A DNA stretch of 64,000 nucleotides from an uncultured Spirochaetota bacterium (GCA_963827275.1 CAWHAA010000002.1:192001-256000), one strand, 5' to 3'. Shown: positions 1-10,367, counted from the first letter of the stretch. A program made the numbers and translations. Notes: generated by a model from the sequence alone, not told the origin.

Positions 1-1115
1 CGGGAGCTGACGCGCCGGAAGGGCTTTACACTTATTTCATAACCTGCACCGACAAGGCAGGCAACAGCGCACACGCCGAGATCCGCGAGATCACCCTTAC
101 CAGAAAATATGAAATCGCCGACATCACCCTCTCCGGTGAGTTCTTTTCATTCGCCCGGGACAAGTCCCTGAACCTGTTCCCGGCGCTCTCAAGCGCCTAC
201 GGCCTCACCGAGTGGAAGGTGGTCATCCAGAACCAGAAGCTGAAAATCCTGAAAGAGATAACAGGCGCGGAACAGGTCCCGCGCATGATACCGTATGACT
301 GCCTGGACAGCGACGGCTCGCGCCTTGCGGACGGAGTGTACTACGCGAGCCTCGCCGCCTCGTATAAAAGCGGCAATGCGCCCGAGTCATTTAAAAAAAT
401 GTTCGTGATTGACAGCACTCCCCCCCGGCTCGCCGTTTCCCACTCCCCCGGGCTTTTTTCGCCCGACGGCGACCGCGAAAACGATATGCTGAAGATCCAG
501 GCGAAGGTACGGGACGATACCGCCATACAGACCTGGCGGATAACGATATACGCTTCCTCGGGTGAGGTCTTCAAGACCTTTTCCGGCAAGGGTCCGGTCC
601 CGGAGGAGATCATGTGGGACGGACTCGGGGACAATCTGGATATTGTCGAGTCCGCAGCGGATTATAAAATTGTCCTTGAAGCGACGGACGCGGCGGGCAA
701 CAGCGGCAGCTCCGACCCTGACCGGCTCGAGGTGGACGTGCTCGTGCTGGTGACGGAGCGGGGACTGAAAATACGCATCAGCAACATCGAGTTCCCGTTC
801 GGCACCGACGAGATCAAGTACCGCGGCCGGTTGATCCTTGACCGCGTGTTCCAGATACTTCAGAAATATGAAAACTATGATGTCCTCATAGAGGGCCATA
901 CGGACGATATCGGCAAGGAGGAGTACAACCTCGAGCTGTCCGAGCGGCGGGCGAAAGCGGTCAATGATTTTCTTGCCGGCAGGGGAATACGGATCGACCG
1001 GCTGTCGTTTGTCGGGATGGGCGAGACGGTCCCCCTCTATCCGAACATCAATGATGAAAACAGGAGGCGCAACCGCAGGGTTGAATTCATGCTGATAAAA
1101 AAGGAACGGGAATGA
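1..1115 (+). CDS. OmpA-family protein with repeated Ig-like (FlgD/CHU-like) domains, 5'-truncated by window edge
   Basis: Frame is open from position 3. Contains repeated WDG / D.AGN / FSPDGD motifs and a C-terminal OmpA_C domain (IEGHTDDIG...YNLELSERRA...NRRVEF). Confidence 0.85.
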   Translation, partial: GADAPEGLYTYFITCTDKAGNSAHAEIREITLTRKYEIADITLSGEFFSFARDKSLNLFPALSSAYGLTEWKVVIQNQKLKILKEITGAEQVPRMIPYDCLDSDGSRLADGVYYASLAASYKSGNAPESFKKMFVIDSTPPRLAVSHSPGLFSPDGDRENDMLKIQAKVRDDTAIQTWRITIYASSGEVFKTFSGKGPVPEEIMWDGLGDNLDIVESAADYKIVLEATDAAGNSGSSDPDRLEVDVLVLVTERGLKIRISNIEFPFGTDEIKYRGRLILDRVFQILQKYENYDVLIEGHTDDIGKEEYNLELSERRAKAVNDFLAGRGIRIDRLSFVGMGETVPLYPNINDENRRRNRRVEFMLIKKERE

Positions 1116-1900
1116 TGCTTGTCGTCTTTACCGACCTTGACGGCACCCTCCTCGACCATGATACCTACAGCCATGCGCAGGCCGGGGAGGCGCTCGCGCT
1201 CCTGGGGGAAAAGGGTGTGCCGCTCGTCATGGTGTCGAGCAAGACCTTCCCCGAGATGAAGGCCCTTTACGACGAGCTGCGCCTCGCCGCCCCCTTTGTG
1301 TTTGAAAACGGCGGCGGCATCTACTGGCCGGAGGGCGGCGGCCGGACAGAGTCCCTGGGGATGAGCGTGCCGGAGCTTGCGGCGGGGAGGGACGCGCTCG
1401 AGGCGGCGTTCGGGGAGGCGGTCCTGTTCATCACCGACATGGACGCGGCGGAGATATCGCGCCGGACCGGCCTCCCGCGCGAGCGGGCGATCCTTTCCCG
1501 GAAGAGGACGGCATCGCTTCCCTTCGTCCTTTCTTCAGGGAAAGCGGTCGGGGCCGGGGAGCTCTCCCGCATCAACGATGCCGTGCGCCGGGACGGCTTC
1601 AGCGTGACCAGGGGAGGTAGGTTCTATCATTTTTCCTCCGCCGGCTCTGACAAGGGCGCCGCTATCGCGCGGGTGACCGGATATTACCGGGCGGCCTGCC
1701 CCGGCCCCGTTACCACTGTCGGCATAGGCGACAGTGAGAATGATCTCCCGATGCTCGGGGCGGTCGATATTCCCGTACTGGTGCGGAAGCGCGACGGGAC
1801 CGTGATTGCCCACGGGGATGCGCGGGTGATGGTGACGGCGGGGGCCGGGCCGGCCGGTTTCAACGAAGCAGTGGTACGGATACTAAGGGACGCGTCATGA
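1112..1900 (+). CDS. mpgP: HAD-IIB hydrolase, mannosyl-3-phosphoglycerate phosphatase family
   Basis: FTDLDGTLLDH motif I, SSKT, ENGG, GGRFYH, GDSENDLPML motif. ATGA overlap with upstream gene. Confidence 0.75.
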   Translation: MMLVVFTDLDGTLLDHDTYSHAQAGEALALLGEKGVPLVMVSSKTFPEMKALYDELRLAAPFVFENGGGIYWPEGGGRTESLGMSVPELAAGRDALEAAFGEAVLFITDMDAAEISRRTGLPRERAILSRKRTASLPFVLSSGKAVGAGELSRINDAVRRDGFSVTRGGRFYHFSSAGSDKGAAIARVTGYYRAACPGPVTTVGIGDSENDLPMLGAVDIPVLVRKRDGTVIAHGDARVMVTAGAGPAGFNEAVVRILRDAS

Positions 1901-1976
1901 GGACACCGCCAGACGCGTGCGGTGCGGCCGCCGGGCTCAAGCGGCGGACTATAACAGAGGAGAAACAGGGGCGACT

Positions 1977-2435
1977 ATGAAAATATTACTAAACCTGATA
2001 CTTGACCTGTTCACATGGCTGTTCGACCGGGCCAAGCTGCTGCTCACGATAATCTATGAAAAATTTTTAGAGATCAACGTCTTCGAGAAGGGGATCGTTG
2101 TCACCGTGGTGCTTGCCTTCGCCGCAGTGGTGGCGCCCATGGCGAAGTACATGATCTTCGACATGTATTTTTCGATCAATAATCCTGCGGCGCATTACAT
2201 GATCGGCATCGTCCTGCTGATGCTGGTCACCATATACTTCAGCGGCGTGGTTTCGCTTGGGCTGCGTATTGTATCAAACCTGTCATACCTGATATACATC
2301 ATTTACCTTCAGGCGGCGCATGAAATCAGCAAGGCGCCGTATGATCTCTCGTTCGGCTATTACCTTAACATCCTCTGCCCCGTGGTCTATATCCTGCTCG
2401 CGCTCGGGAGCGCCATGGCGGACCGGGGGAGATAG
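1977..2435 (+). CDS. Hypothetical membrane protein (about 4 TM)
   Basis: ATG at 1977 after a purine-rich tract; hydrophobic segments; host-like codon usage. Confidence 0.65.
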   Translation: MKILLNLILDLFTWLFDRAKLLLTIIYEKFLEINVFEKGIVVTVVLAFAAVVAPMAKYMIFDMYFSINNPAAHYMIGIVLLMLVTIYFSGVVSLGLRIVSNLSYLIYIIYLQAAHEISKAPYDLSFGYYLNILCPVVYILLALGSAMADRGR

Positions 2436-2500
2436 GCATGATCATGCCCGCTGTTCCCCGGCGGGGCGGTGGTGGTGAGTCGGCGGCAGGCGGAAGCGGC

Positions 2501-3478
2501 CTACTCTGAATAAAATATCTTCAGCAGCGGCAGGCGCTTTTTTACCTCCGGCGCGTTGAGCGGGTAAATTGAAAGGATTTTCTTTCCGCCCCTGGCGACG
2601 GCAATGGTGTAGGGCTGTTTCAACACGCGCGACAGGTGGTAAAAAGCGGCAAGCTCGGACAGGTCTTCCGCCCAGGAGAGGCTCCCGTAGAGTGAAACGA
2701 ACGGCGATCCGGAGAGTTCCGCATAGACGGCCGCCGCACTCGAAAGGTTCAGTTGCGGCGCGCTGAGGCCGTAAAACGCCACCTTCCCTGTGAACAGATA
2801 ACGGCGCTTTGGGACATCATAGTCATTCCATACGTTTCTGGTAAAATCGTTCCCGGCGGTTGTAATCCTGAAATGACGTTTATACTGGCGGTCGGTGTAG
2901 GGGGTGACCGGTTCGATATAATCAACCAGGTGGGTCGCTTCATGCAGGAGGATATACAGGAACCCGCTATATTTTGAGCCGCAGTCGATGGTGATTTCAT
3001 ACGACGGGTCATCGGGCCTGAAGCAGGTCCGCTCCTTTTCGGTAAGCAGCGCCGATATGCCCTTTCCCAGTACCGACGGGTTGAATACCATGACCGCGTA
3101 CACGCGGTCGTCCCGGTCAACGACCCATTCCGTAAGGCCGCTTCCCTTGAAATTCTTAATAAAATAGATGCCGATAAGCCTGCCCTTCATGAGCTTTCGG
3201 TGGCGCGGCGGCAGGTCGGACATGGCCTGCCGGATTGACGCCATCTCTCCCGGTCCGGGAAGATACGGTTCGTATTCGGGCGCGTTGTCCAGCTTTTTCA
3301 GATACTCCAGCAGAAACGGGGGGGGCGCGGCAACGCGCGCAGCAAGCAACGTGCCGGGGTTAAAGCCGTACGACTCGAGGACGCGGGACGACTCGCGGCG
3401 CACGCCGTCATCGCATCCGCAGAGACACACGGCCCCGATGGCAATGACAATCAGCTGTATGAGAACGGTCCTTTTCAT
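2501..3478 (-). CDS. Putative lipoprotein with HExxH zinc-metallopeptidase-like motif
   Basis: Signal peptide with LCGC lipobox-like sequence, LLHEATH motif, downstream WAEDLSE. Confidence 0.6.
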   Translation of the reverse strand: MKRTVLIQLIVIAIGAVCLCGCDDGVRRESSRVLESYGFNPGTLLAARVAAPPPFLLEYLKKLDNAPEYEPYLPGPGEMASIRQAMSDLPPRHRKLMKGRLIGIYFIKNFKGSGLTEWVVDRDDRVYAVMVFNPSVLGKGISALLTEKERTCFRPDDPSYEITIDCGSKYSGFLYILLHEATHLVDYIEPVTPYTDRQYKRHFRITTAGNDFTRNVWNDYDVPKRRYLFTGKVAFYGLSAPQLNLSSAAAVYAELSGSPFVSLYGSLSWAEDLSELAAFYHLSRVLKQPYTIAVARGGKKILSIYPLNAPEVKKRLPLLKIFYSE

Positions 3479-3804
3479 GTTCCGGCTCCGGGGGTGATCG
3501 ATACATATTCACGAGAGACCGTGAAAAAAATGCGAGCGGATTTTTTGTAACAAGCGGTTTTTTTTGATGTACAGATAGTGAAATACAGCGGCCCTGGCCG
3601 GTCCGCCCGGCGCAGCGATGAGAATGAAATGCCTCGATTAAATTTTTGTAGACCGGTTTTTCGATCTGCGCTTCTATGACACTGATATAATGGTTGAAGT
3701 AAGATCTACGAACGCCGCAGCACGCGACACACGGGCCCTGCGATGGCGCATCTGACTCAAGACCGCCCGGCACGCGGCGAATACATTTCATACGGAGGTA
3801 TGCC

Positions 3805-5679
3805 ATGACAAAACACCAGTTCCAAACAGAAGTAAACCAGCTTCTGCACCTGATCATCCATTCACTCTATTCCCACAAGGAGATATTTCTGAGGGAGCTC
3901 GTGTCCAACGCCTCGGACGCCATGGACCGGCTCAAGTACCTGACCCTGACGGACGGGCAGTACAAGGGCGTGCAGTTCGATCCGCGGATCGACATATTTT
4001 TCGATGAGAAAAAAGGGCAGACCCTCACTATCGCCGACACGGGGATAGGGATGAACGAGAAAGACCTGGAAGAGAACCTGGGCACAATAGCCAAATCGGG
4101 GACCAGGGGCTTCGTCGAGCACCTGACCGGCGACGCGCGCAAGGATTCAAACCTGATCGGGCAGTTCGGGGTAGGATTTTACTCCTCCTTCATGGTCGCG
4201 GAGCGGGTCGATGTCATCACCAGGAAAGCGGGCGAGGAGAAAGCGTATAAATGGACGAGCGACGGCAAGGGCGAATACGAGATAGCGGAAGCGGAGCGCG
4301 ACACGCAGGGCACCACCGTGACCCTCTACCTGAACAAGGAGGGGCACGAGTACGCGAACCGGTGGCAGATCGAGACGGTCATCAAAAAATATTCGAACCA
4401 CATTCCCTTTCCCATATACCTGCATTACGAGGGCACGCGCTTCGAGGGGGAGGGAGAGAACAAGAAAGAGATAAAGGAGCCGAAATCGGAGCAGATCAAC
4501 GCCGCGTCGGCGCTCTGGAAGAGGCCCCGGACGGAGCTCAAGGACGAGGATTACAACGAGTTCTACAAGTCGATTTCGCACGACATGGAGGAGCCGCTGC
4601 TCAGGATCCACACCCACGCGGAAGGCAAGATGGATTACACCACCCTCTTCTTTGTCCCGGGCCGCGCGCCCTTCGACCTGTTCCGCGCCGATTACCAGCC
4701 GGGGATCAAGCTGTACGTAAAGCGCGTCTTCATCACCGATGACGACAGGGAGCTGATGCCGGTGTATCTCAGGTTCGTGCGCGGCGTCATCGATTCAGAG
4801 GACCTGCCCCTGAACGTGAGCAGGGAGATACTCCAGCAGAACCGGGTCCTGGCGAAGATAAAGTCCTCATCGGTCAAGCGGATACTGGATGAGCTGGTCA
4901 AGCTCCAGAAGAATGAGCGGGAAAAGTACAACCAGTTCTATAAGGAGTTCGGCATCCCCGTGAAGGAGGGCCTCTACCAGGACACGGAAAACCGCGAGAA
5001 GCTCCAGGACCTCGTGATGTACAAGTCCACGTCAGTTGACGGCTACACGACCCTGGCCGAGTACAAGGATAGAATGAAGCCTGACCAGGACGCGATATAT
5101 TACATCACCGGGACCAAAGAGGACAACCTGCGCAATTCGCCGCTCCTGGAGATGTACAAGAACAGGGAGATCGAGGTGCTGGTGATGGACGACGAGATCG
5201 ACGATATCGTCATCTCCATGGTGCCCCAGTACAGGGACACGCCCCTGAAGTCAGTGAACCGGAGCGACGCGGCCGAGAGCCTCAAGACCGACGAGGACAA
5301 GCAGAAGGAAAAGGACATCGAACCGCTGATCGCAAAGATCAGGGAGGCGCTCGGCGACCTGGTGAAGGACGTGAAGGCGAGCACGCGCCTCTCGGATTCC
5401 CCCTCCTGCATCGTGGCGGACGAGAACGACCCGACCATCCAGATGCAGCACCTGTTCAAGGCGATGGGCCAGAAGAACGTGCCCGACTTCAAGCCGATCC
5501 TCGAGATCAACCCCGGGCACGAGATCATCAAAAAGCTGGAGACGAGCGATGACGCCGCGGTGATTGCGGACATCAGCCACCTGCTGCTCGAGCAGGCCAT
5601 GCTGATCGAGGGCGTGGAGCTGAAGAGCCCGGGCGAGTTCGTGAAGCGGCTGAACCGGGTCATGGGGAAGGCGCTGTAG
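3805..5679 (+). CDS. htpG: Molecular chaperone HtpG (Hsp90)
   Basis: FQTEVNQLL, LYSHKEIFLRELVSNASDA, IGQFGVGFYS, DSEDLPLNVSRE. GGAGG RBS. Confidence 0.98.
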   Translation: MTKHQFQTEVNQLLHLIIHSLYSHKEIFLRELVSNASDAMDRLKYLTLTDGQYKGVQFDPRIDIFFDEKKGQTLTIADTGIGMNEKDLEENLGTIAKSGTRGFVEHLTGDARKDSNLIGQFGVGFYSSFMVAERVDVITRKAGEEKAYKWTSDGKGEYEIAEAERDTQGTTVTLYLNKEGHEYANRWQIETVIKKYSNHIPFPIYLHYEGTRFEGEGENKKEIKEPKSEQINAASALWKRPRTELKDEDYNEFYKSISHDMEEPLLRIHTHAEGKMDYTTLFFVPGRAPFDLFRADYQPGIKLYVKRVFITDDDRELMPVYLRFVRGVIDSEDLPLNVSREILQQNRVLAKIKSSSVKRILDELVKLQKNEREKYNQFYKEFGIPVKEGLYQDTENREKLQDLVMYKSTSVDGYTTLAEYKDRMKPDQDAIYYITGTKEDNLRNSPLLEMYKNREIEVLVMDDEIDDIVISMVPQYRDTPLKSVNRSDAAESLKTDEDKQKEKDIEPLIAKIREALGDLVKDVKASTRLSDSPSCIVADENDPTIQMQHLFKAMGQKNVPDFKPILEINPGHEIIKKLETSDDAAVIADISHLLLEQAMLIEGVELKSPGEFVKRLNRVMGKAL

Positions 5680-5739
5680 GGTGCGCCTCCCGGACCCCCG
5701 GAGGCGGGCCTGCAGGAAAATTGTGTTGCAGGGATGAGA

Positions 5740-5772
5740 TAAAAAAAGAGCGGCCATCTGGCCGCTCTTTTT
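5740..5772. terminator. Bidirectional intrinsic terminator between htpG and the porin gene
   Basis: AAAAAGAGCGGCCA-TC-TGGCCGCTCTTTTT hairpin flanked by A and T tracts between convergent genes. Confidence 0.85.
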
Positions 5773-5791
5773 GTGTTCGTTCACATTAAAG

Positions 5792-7263
5792 TTAGAAGCT
5801 GAACATTAAGCCGGTGTGGTACTTGTAGTCCATGGAAGCGGTGGCGCCTTTCCACTTGGTCTGGTGCCTGCCGAACTCGAAACCGAGGGTCAGGTAGTCG
5901 TTCATGAACCACTGCGCGCTGGCAAGGATCGCCTCGTTCCAGAGAATGGTGTTTACAGGGATGAAGCTCTTGTTGCCCTTCTTGCCTCCACCGTAACCGG
6001 CGGCAAGCATGACGGGGATCGGGCCGATTTTTCTCAGGTCGAGCACTAACTGGCCATAGCCGCCCTGCATCGGGACGCCGAGCATTTTTGTGCCTGCATA
6101 ATTTTCATACACGCCGGTGCCAAGGCCCACGCCAAAGGTGTCCATGTTGTTCCCGCGCCAGTACGTGGCGATCAAAGATACGAGGGACACTGAAATCTTG
6201 GTGAAGGCCTGTGCCGAATACGATTTGGTAATTCTGCCAAATTTTTGCGGCAGAGTTTGACCGAGAATTGTTGCAGCAATGGGATGAATCCTGACCAAGA
6301 TACCTAAATTGGCAAAGGTAAAAGCGTGTTTTTCAAGCTGGTAGTGGCCGCTGCCGCCCAGGGTTATGTCAACCAGTGAGTGCGGCTTCATGACAAAAGT
6401 GAGCCGCGCCCGGCCGCCCGGGTACCTGCTCGCTTCGCCCGGTCCGCGGTCATCCATCACAACGCCGTTGACGCCGGGATAGAGGTTGAGGATATCGCTG
6501 TTGCACTGTTAGCAACACGTGTAGCGTCAGCCCCGCCCATTGCGCGGGCGGCGGAAACTTCAACCGTCAGGTTGTAGTTTTCATTACCGACCTTCTGGCC
6601 GAGGGTAATCTGCGTTTCACGCTGGAACAGGTTACCGTTCTGGCCGAACGGGATATAGGTCACCGAAACCGGCTGGGCCGGCATGGCCATGAGGACCGAC
6701 CAGGTCTGACCTATGAGGAGGAACGTGCCGGTTGACGCCCAGTCGAGCTTTGCATACGCGTGGCGCATGGTGGGCATGCCGGAGCGCTCTCCCGTGCCGG
6801 AAGTAGAAGCGTCGCCCCAGAAGTCCAGCTCAATATTGGCCATGGTGTCTGCCCCGAGCACCCTGGGACCGGTAATATTCAGGCCAAGGCGGGTTGAACG
6901 CATGTCCATCACAAAAGATCCGTTCCGCTGTGATTTGGTCTTTTTGAGGGTAAATTCTCTCTGATTTGCTGTTTTCGGAATTGCTAATGGATTCCAATAT
7001 ACATAGTCGTTTGCGGCCCAGAACGGACCGGATTCGTTTGTAACATCGTTCGTATTATAGACCATGTCGAATTTAACGAAACCGTAGAGCTGGGCTTTCA
7101 AATAATCGCCGCTGTAGATCATCAACTTTTCTTTGCCTTTCGGCTTTACCTGCTGAATGGGCTCTACCACTTCTGGTGCTTTCTTTGCCTGCGCGAAAAG
7201 GTCCGTGCCGGAAATAATGAATGCAGCCAGGAGGAAGAGCCCGAAAATGTGTTTACGTAACAT
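5792..7263 (-). CDS. DcaP-like outer-membrane porin, split by one frameshift near 6500-6520
   Basis: Signal peptide; LYGFVKFD, STRLGL, IELDFWG, MRHAYAKL, LLIGQTWS motifs; C-terminal Phe (GLMFSF). ORFs 6457-7275 and 5792-6460 join through NSDILNLYPGVNGVVMDD in the alternative frame. GGAGG RBS before ATG 7263. Confidence 0.7.
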
Positions 7264-7564
7264 AAAATCCTCCAAAACAAATTTTTTAGCGAATTTTGCA
7301 TATGCTTAAAATAAATCAAACATTTTTTGTAACAAATGGTAAATTATTCAGGGAGATACCATTACCCTGAAACGTGGAGGTACAGGCCATTACGAGCGTA
7401 ACAAAGAGATTTGTGCCGGGTTTTTTGAGCAAATTATTGGATAAAAAAATCCCTTGAAATCAATACTATTAATACGGCATGGCGGCAGATTGTTTAATGG
7501 TCACGACGTATCGGGAGTATCCGGAATGATCCGCTTTGACCAATGACACTATGTGAAATACCCT

Positions 7565-8206
7565 CTAATTGCTTTTTTCAAGGGTTTCAACTGCTTTATC
7601 GACTACCGGTATCCATTCGGAATCCTTGAAATAGGTTTTTGTCTTCTTTAAAAATTCCAGCTCGTCCTCCCTGGTCTTGCCGCTTTTCGTCAATATGCCG
7701 CAATAGGTGGTGCCGTACATGAACGACTTCAATAAGTTATAATAATGGAGCTGCGCCTTGTCGCCGTTCTGCTCGATGTTCTGGTACAGGTTTTTCATCT
7801 GGTTCTCGATTACCAGGGCGCCAATGTACAGCACCTGGTTGGGCGCGAGTTCGACTACCGTGCTCTGGATCGCGGCCGCGTCATAAAATGTGTTGTAGCT
7901 GTTTTCTGTCTGGGTGAAAAAGGAGGCAACGGCCGCGTATTTCCCCGGCTTTGCGTTGATGAGATAGGCGTAATCCCCCCTTGTGTAATTGCTGGGAATG
8001 ATCTTGTTCCCCAGATTGTCCCCGTCTTTTTCATCGAGCTTCACAAAGTAGATGGTTTCGGGCTTGTTGCGGAAGATGCTCAGGGTGATGGTTTTCACCG
8101 ATATCCCGATGACCGAGCTATCCTTGTCATCGACGACCCGGAGGTTTTTCGGAAGGCCGCATCCGAGCGCAAACATGACGATCAGGCACAACGCTGTTTT
8201 TTTCAT
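7565..8206 (-). CDS. Hypothetical lipoprotein
   Basis: MKKTALCLIVMFALGC lipobox; AGGAG RBS; directly downstream of purM. Confidence 0.7.
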   Translation of the reverse strand: MKKTALCLIVMFALGCGLPKNLRVVDDKDSSVIGISVKTITLSIFRNKPETIYFVKLDEKDGDNLGNKIIPSNYTRGDYAYLINAKPGKYAAVASFFTQTENSYNTFYDAAAIQSTVVELAPNQVLYIGALVIENQMKNLYQNIEQNGDKAQLHYYNLLKSFMYGTTYCGILTKSGKTREDELEFLKKTKTYFKDSEWIPVVDKAVETLEKSN

Positions 8207-8227
8207 AACGAGTCTCCTGGGATTATA

Positions 8228-9262
8228 TCATACAATGACAACGGGTGCGTCCGCGCGCTCGACGACCGCGCCGATGACGCGGGGGGATTCGCCCGATTTT
8301 TTCAGCTCTTCCACGGCCCGGTCCGCCGTGTCCGTTCCGACAAAGAGCATCATGCCGATGCCCATGTTGAAGGTGGTGAACATCTCCGCGTCCGCGACAG
8401 AGCCTTCCTTCTGGATGATCCTGAAAATGGCCGGCGGTTCAAAGGACGCCCGTTCGATGCGGACGCCCGCGCCGTCGGGGAGGATGCGGGGTATGTTTTC
8501 ATAGAAGCCGCCGCCGGTGATGTGGACGATCCCCTTGACGGCGACGCCGGCGGCGAGGCAGTTCATGACGCTCCGCGTGTAGATCCGGGTCGGCTCGAGC
8601 AGCGCCTCGCCCAGGGTCGCGCCGAGGTCGGCAAGCTTCGTTGCGGCAGTGTATTTTTTTATGTCGAAAAAGAGCTTCCGGACCATGGAATATCCGTTGG
8701 AGTGGATCCCCGAGGAGGGGAGGCCGATGACCGCGTCGCCGGGCCGGATGCCTTTCCCGTTTATGATCGCCGGACGGTCAACCACGCCCACCGCGAACCC
8801 CGCGATATCGTAATCGTCGGCCGGCATGACGCCGGGGTGCTCCGCCGTCTCGCCGCCCACCAGGCTGCAGTCGGAGAGGCGGCAGCCTTCCGCGAGGCCC
8901 CTGACGATGTCCACGAGGACGTCCTCCATGAGGCTCCCGCAGGCGATGTAATCAAGGAAAAAGAGGGGCCGGGCGCCCGATACGACGATGTCGTTGACGC
9001 ACATGGCCACCGCGTCGATGCCGATCGTGTCGTGCTTGCCCATCATCTGGGCGATTTTCAGCTTCGTGCCGACCCCGTCGGTGCCGGACACGAGCACCGG
9101 GTCCCTGTACCCGGGGAAGGCGCCCGAATAGAGCGCGCCGAACCCGCCGATGTCAGTGATCACCCTGTCGGAAAAGGTGGAGCGGACGATGGGCGCGATC
9201 CGTTTGACGAAACTGTTCCCGCCTTCGACATCGACGCCTGAATCCTTGTATGTTAGGCCCAT
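8228..9262 (-). CDS. purM: Phosphoribosylformylglycinamidine cyclo-ligase (AIR synthetase)
   Basis: TYKDSGVD, GGFGAL, TDGVGTK, GGETAEHP, SSGIHSNGYS, HITGGG, TFNMGIG. Confidence 0.97.
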   Translation of the reverse strand: MGLTYKDSGVDVEGGNSFVKRIAPIVRSTFSDRVITDIGGFGALYSGAFPGYRDPVLVSGTDGVGTKLKIAQMMGKHDTIGIDAVAMCVNDIVVSGARPLFFLDYIACGSLMEDVLVDIVRGLAEGCRLSDCSLVGGETAEHPGVMPADDYDIAGFAVGVVDRPAIINGKGIRPGDAVIGLPSSGIHSNGYSMVRKLFFDIKKYTAATKLADLGATLGEALLEPTRIYTRSVMNCLAAGVAVKGIVHITGGGFYENIPRILPDGAGVRIERASFEPPAIFRIIQKEGSVADAEMFTTFNMGIGMMLFVGTDTADRAVEELKKSGESPRVIGAVVERADAPVVIV

Positions 9263-9364
9263 GCAAACCTCGCGATTGTATGGATTACATACGTACGATG
9301 TGAAATTAAGGCAAGAAGAATTTTTTTATTATGAGCGACCGCTCCGTCCGTGCAGAGCGGGGTG

Positions 9365-10111
9365 CTATTTAAGGGTTTTTTTCAGCGTCTTCTCGAGCCA
9401 GTCGATATGCTCGATCATGGCGGATTTTGCCGCTTCAGCATCGCCTTTTTCAATGGCGGCGATGATCTTCATGTGCTGGGTGAAAAAGATGTCGGACACT
9501 CCCTGCACCGGCGCCAGCTTCTGCCTGCTGTAGGGAAGGGCGCCCTTCAGGAGGGAGGATATTGATTTCATCACCTGCGCGAAGATGGTGTTGTTTGTCG
9601 CGTCGGCAAGATCGTTATACATCTTCGCGTAGAGCTTCCCCCCGTCCGGGGAGGCGAGGAGGTTCTGTATCCCGATTTTTTCAGCCTCGGCCCTGAATTT
9701 TTTCAGGCCCGCGACCTGTGACCGGGTGGCGCGCCGCGCCGCCATGCCCGCCGCCTCGGAATCGATGATACGCCTGACCGCGAGGAGCTCCCATATCTTC
9801 TCATGGTCAACCGAGAGGAGCTCCTCGATGCGGGACTCGAGGGCGGGGCCGCCCGACAGTCTCACGAATTTGCCCCGGCGGCCGTGGGACTCGATGAACC
9901 CCTTCGCCTCCAGGAGCTTCATCGCCTCGCGGAGCGAAATCCGGCTGATGCCGAAGGTCTTTGTCATGTCGTGCTCCGAGGGGAGCTTGTCGCCCGCTTT
10001 GAGCTTCCCCGATGAAATCAGCTCTATGACCTGTTTTGCGACCAGGCTCGGGATGCCGGGGGATTTCTGTATCCGGTTGAGGGGCGTGTTTTTCTGCTTG
10101 TCGACGGGCAT
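9365..10111 (-). CDS. FadR/GntR-family transcriptional regulator (HTH + FCD)
   Basis: GDKLPSEHDMTKTFGISRISLREAMKLL winged HTH; C-terminal H..I..AI..GD.E.A...M..HI. Start taken at MPVDKQ. Confidence 0.9.
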   Translation of the reverse strand: MPVDKQKNTPLNRIQKSPGIPSLVAKQVIELISSGKLKAGDKLPSEHDMTKTFGISRISLREAMKLLEAKGFIESHGRRGKFVRLSGGPALESRIEELLSVDHEKIWELLAVRRIIDSEAAGMAARRATRSQVAGLKKFRAEAEKIGIQNLLASPDGGKLYAKMYNDLADATNNTIFAQVMKSISSLLKGALPYSRQKLAPVQGVSDIFFTQHMKIIAAIEKGDAEAAKSAMIEHIDWLEKTLKKTLK

Positions 10112-10253
10112 TGTCTGACTCCGCTCGCTGGGTCTCTCTCCGCGCGCCCGCTCATAGCAACGACGGGCGGCGCGGCAACCTCCATACCTTAGGCCACCGG
10201 GCGCCGGCATCAACGATAAAATTGGCCGTTACGGAAAATCGCGTCAATTTTAC

Positions 10254-10304
10254 ATTGACATATTGTAAGTCAAAATGGTATATTTTGTATGACAGTATGT
10301 CAAT
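10254..10304. promoter_or_regulatory. Overlapping divergent sigma70 promoters with candidate FadR operator
   Basis: ATTGACATA (10254-10262) and TATGTCAAT (10296-10304) form an inverted pair of TTGACA boxes. TTGTATGACAG (10285-10295) resembles the FadR-family TnGT-Nx-ACnA operator. Confidence 0.55.
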
Positions 10305-10367
10305 AAAAATAATCGCCCGCAGCGCCTGTTTCAACCGGGGATGCCCGGCAGGAAGGGGAAAGAAACG

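Noticed and set aside
3480..3804. CIRCE element upstream of htpG
   Set aside because: No TTAGCACTC-N9-GAGTGCTAA found.
7264..7564. Riboswitch in the porin leader
   Set aside because: No recognisable aptamer consensus by eye; an Rfam/Infernal scan would be needed.
7745..9241. 498-aa plus-strand ORF
   Set aside because: Antisense shadow of purM and the lipoprotein gene; no motifs; expected in GC3-rich DNA.
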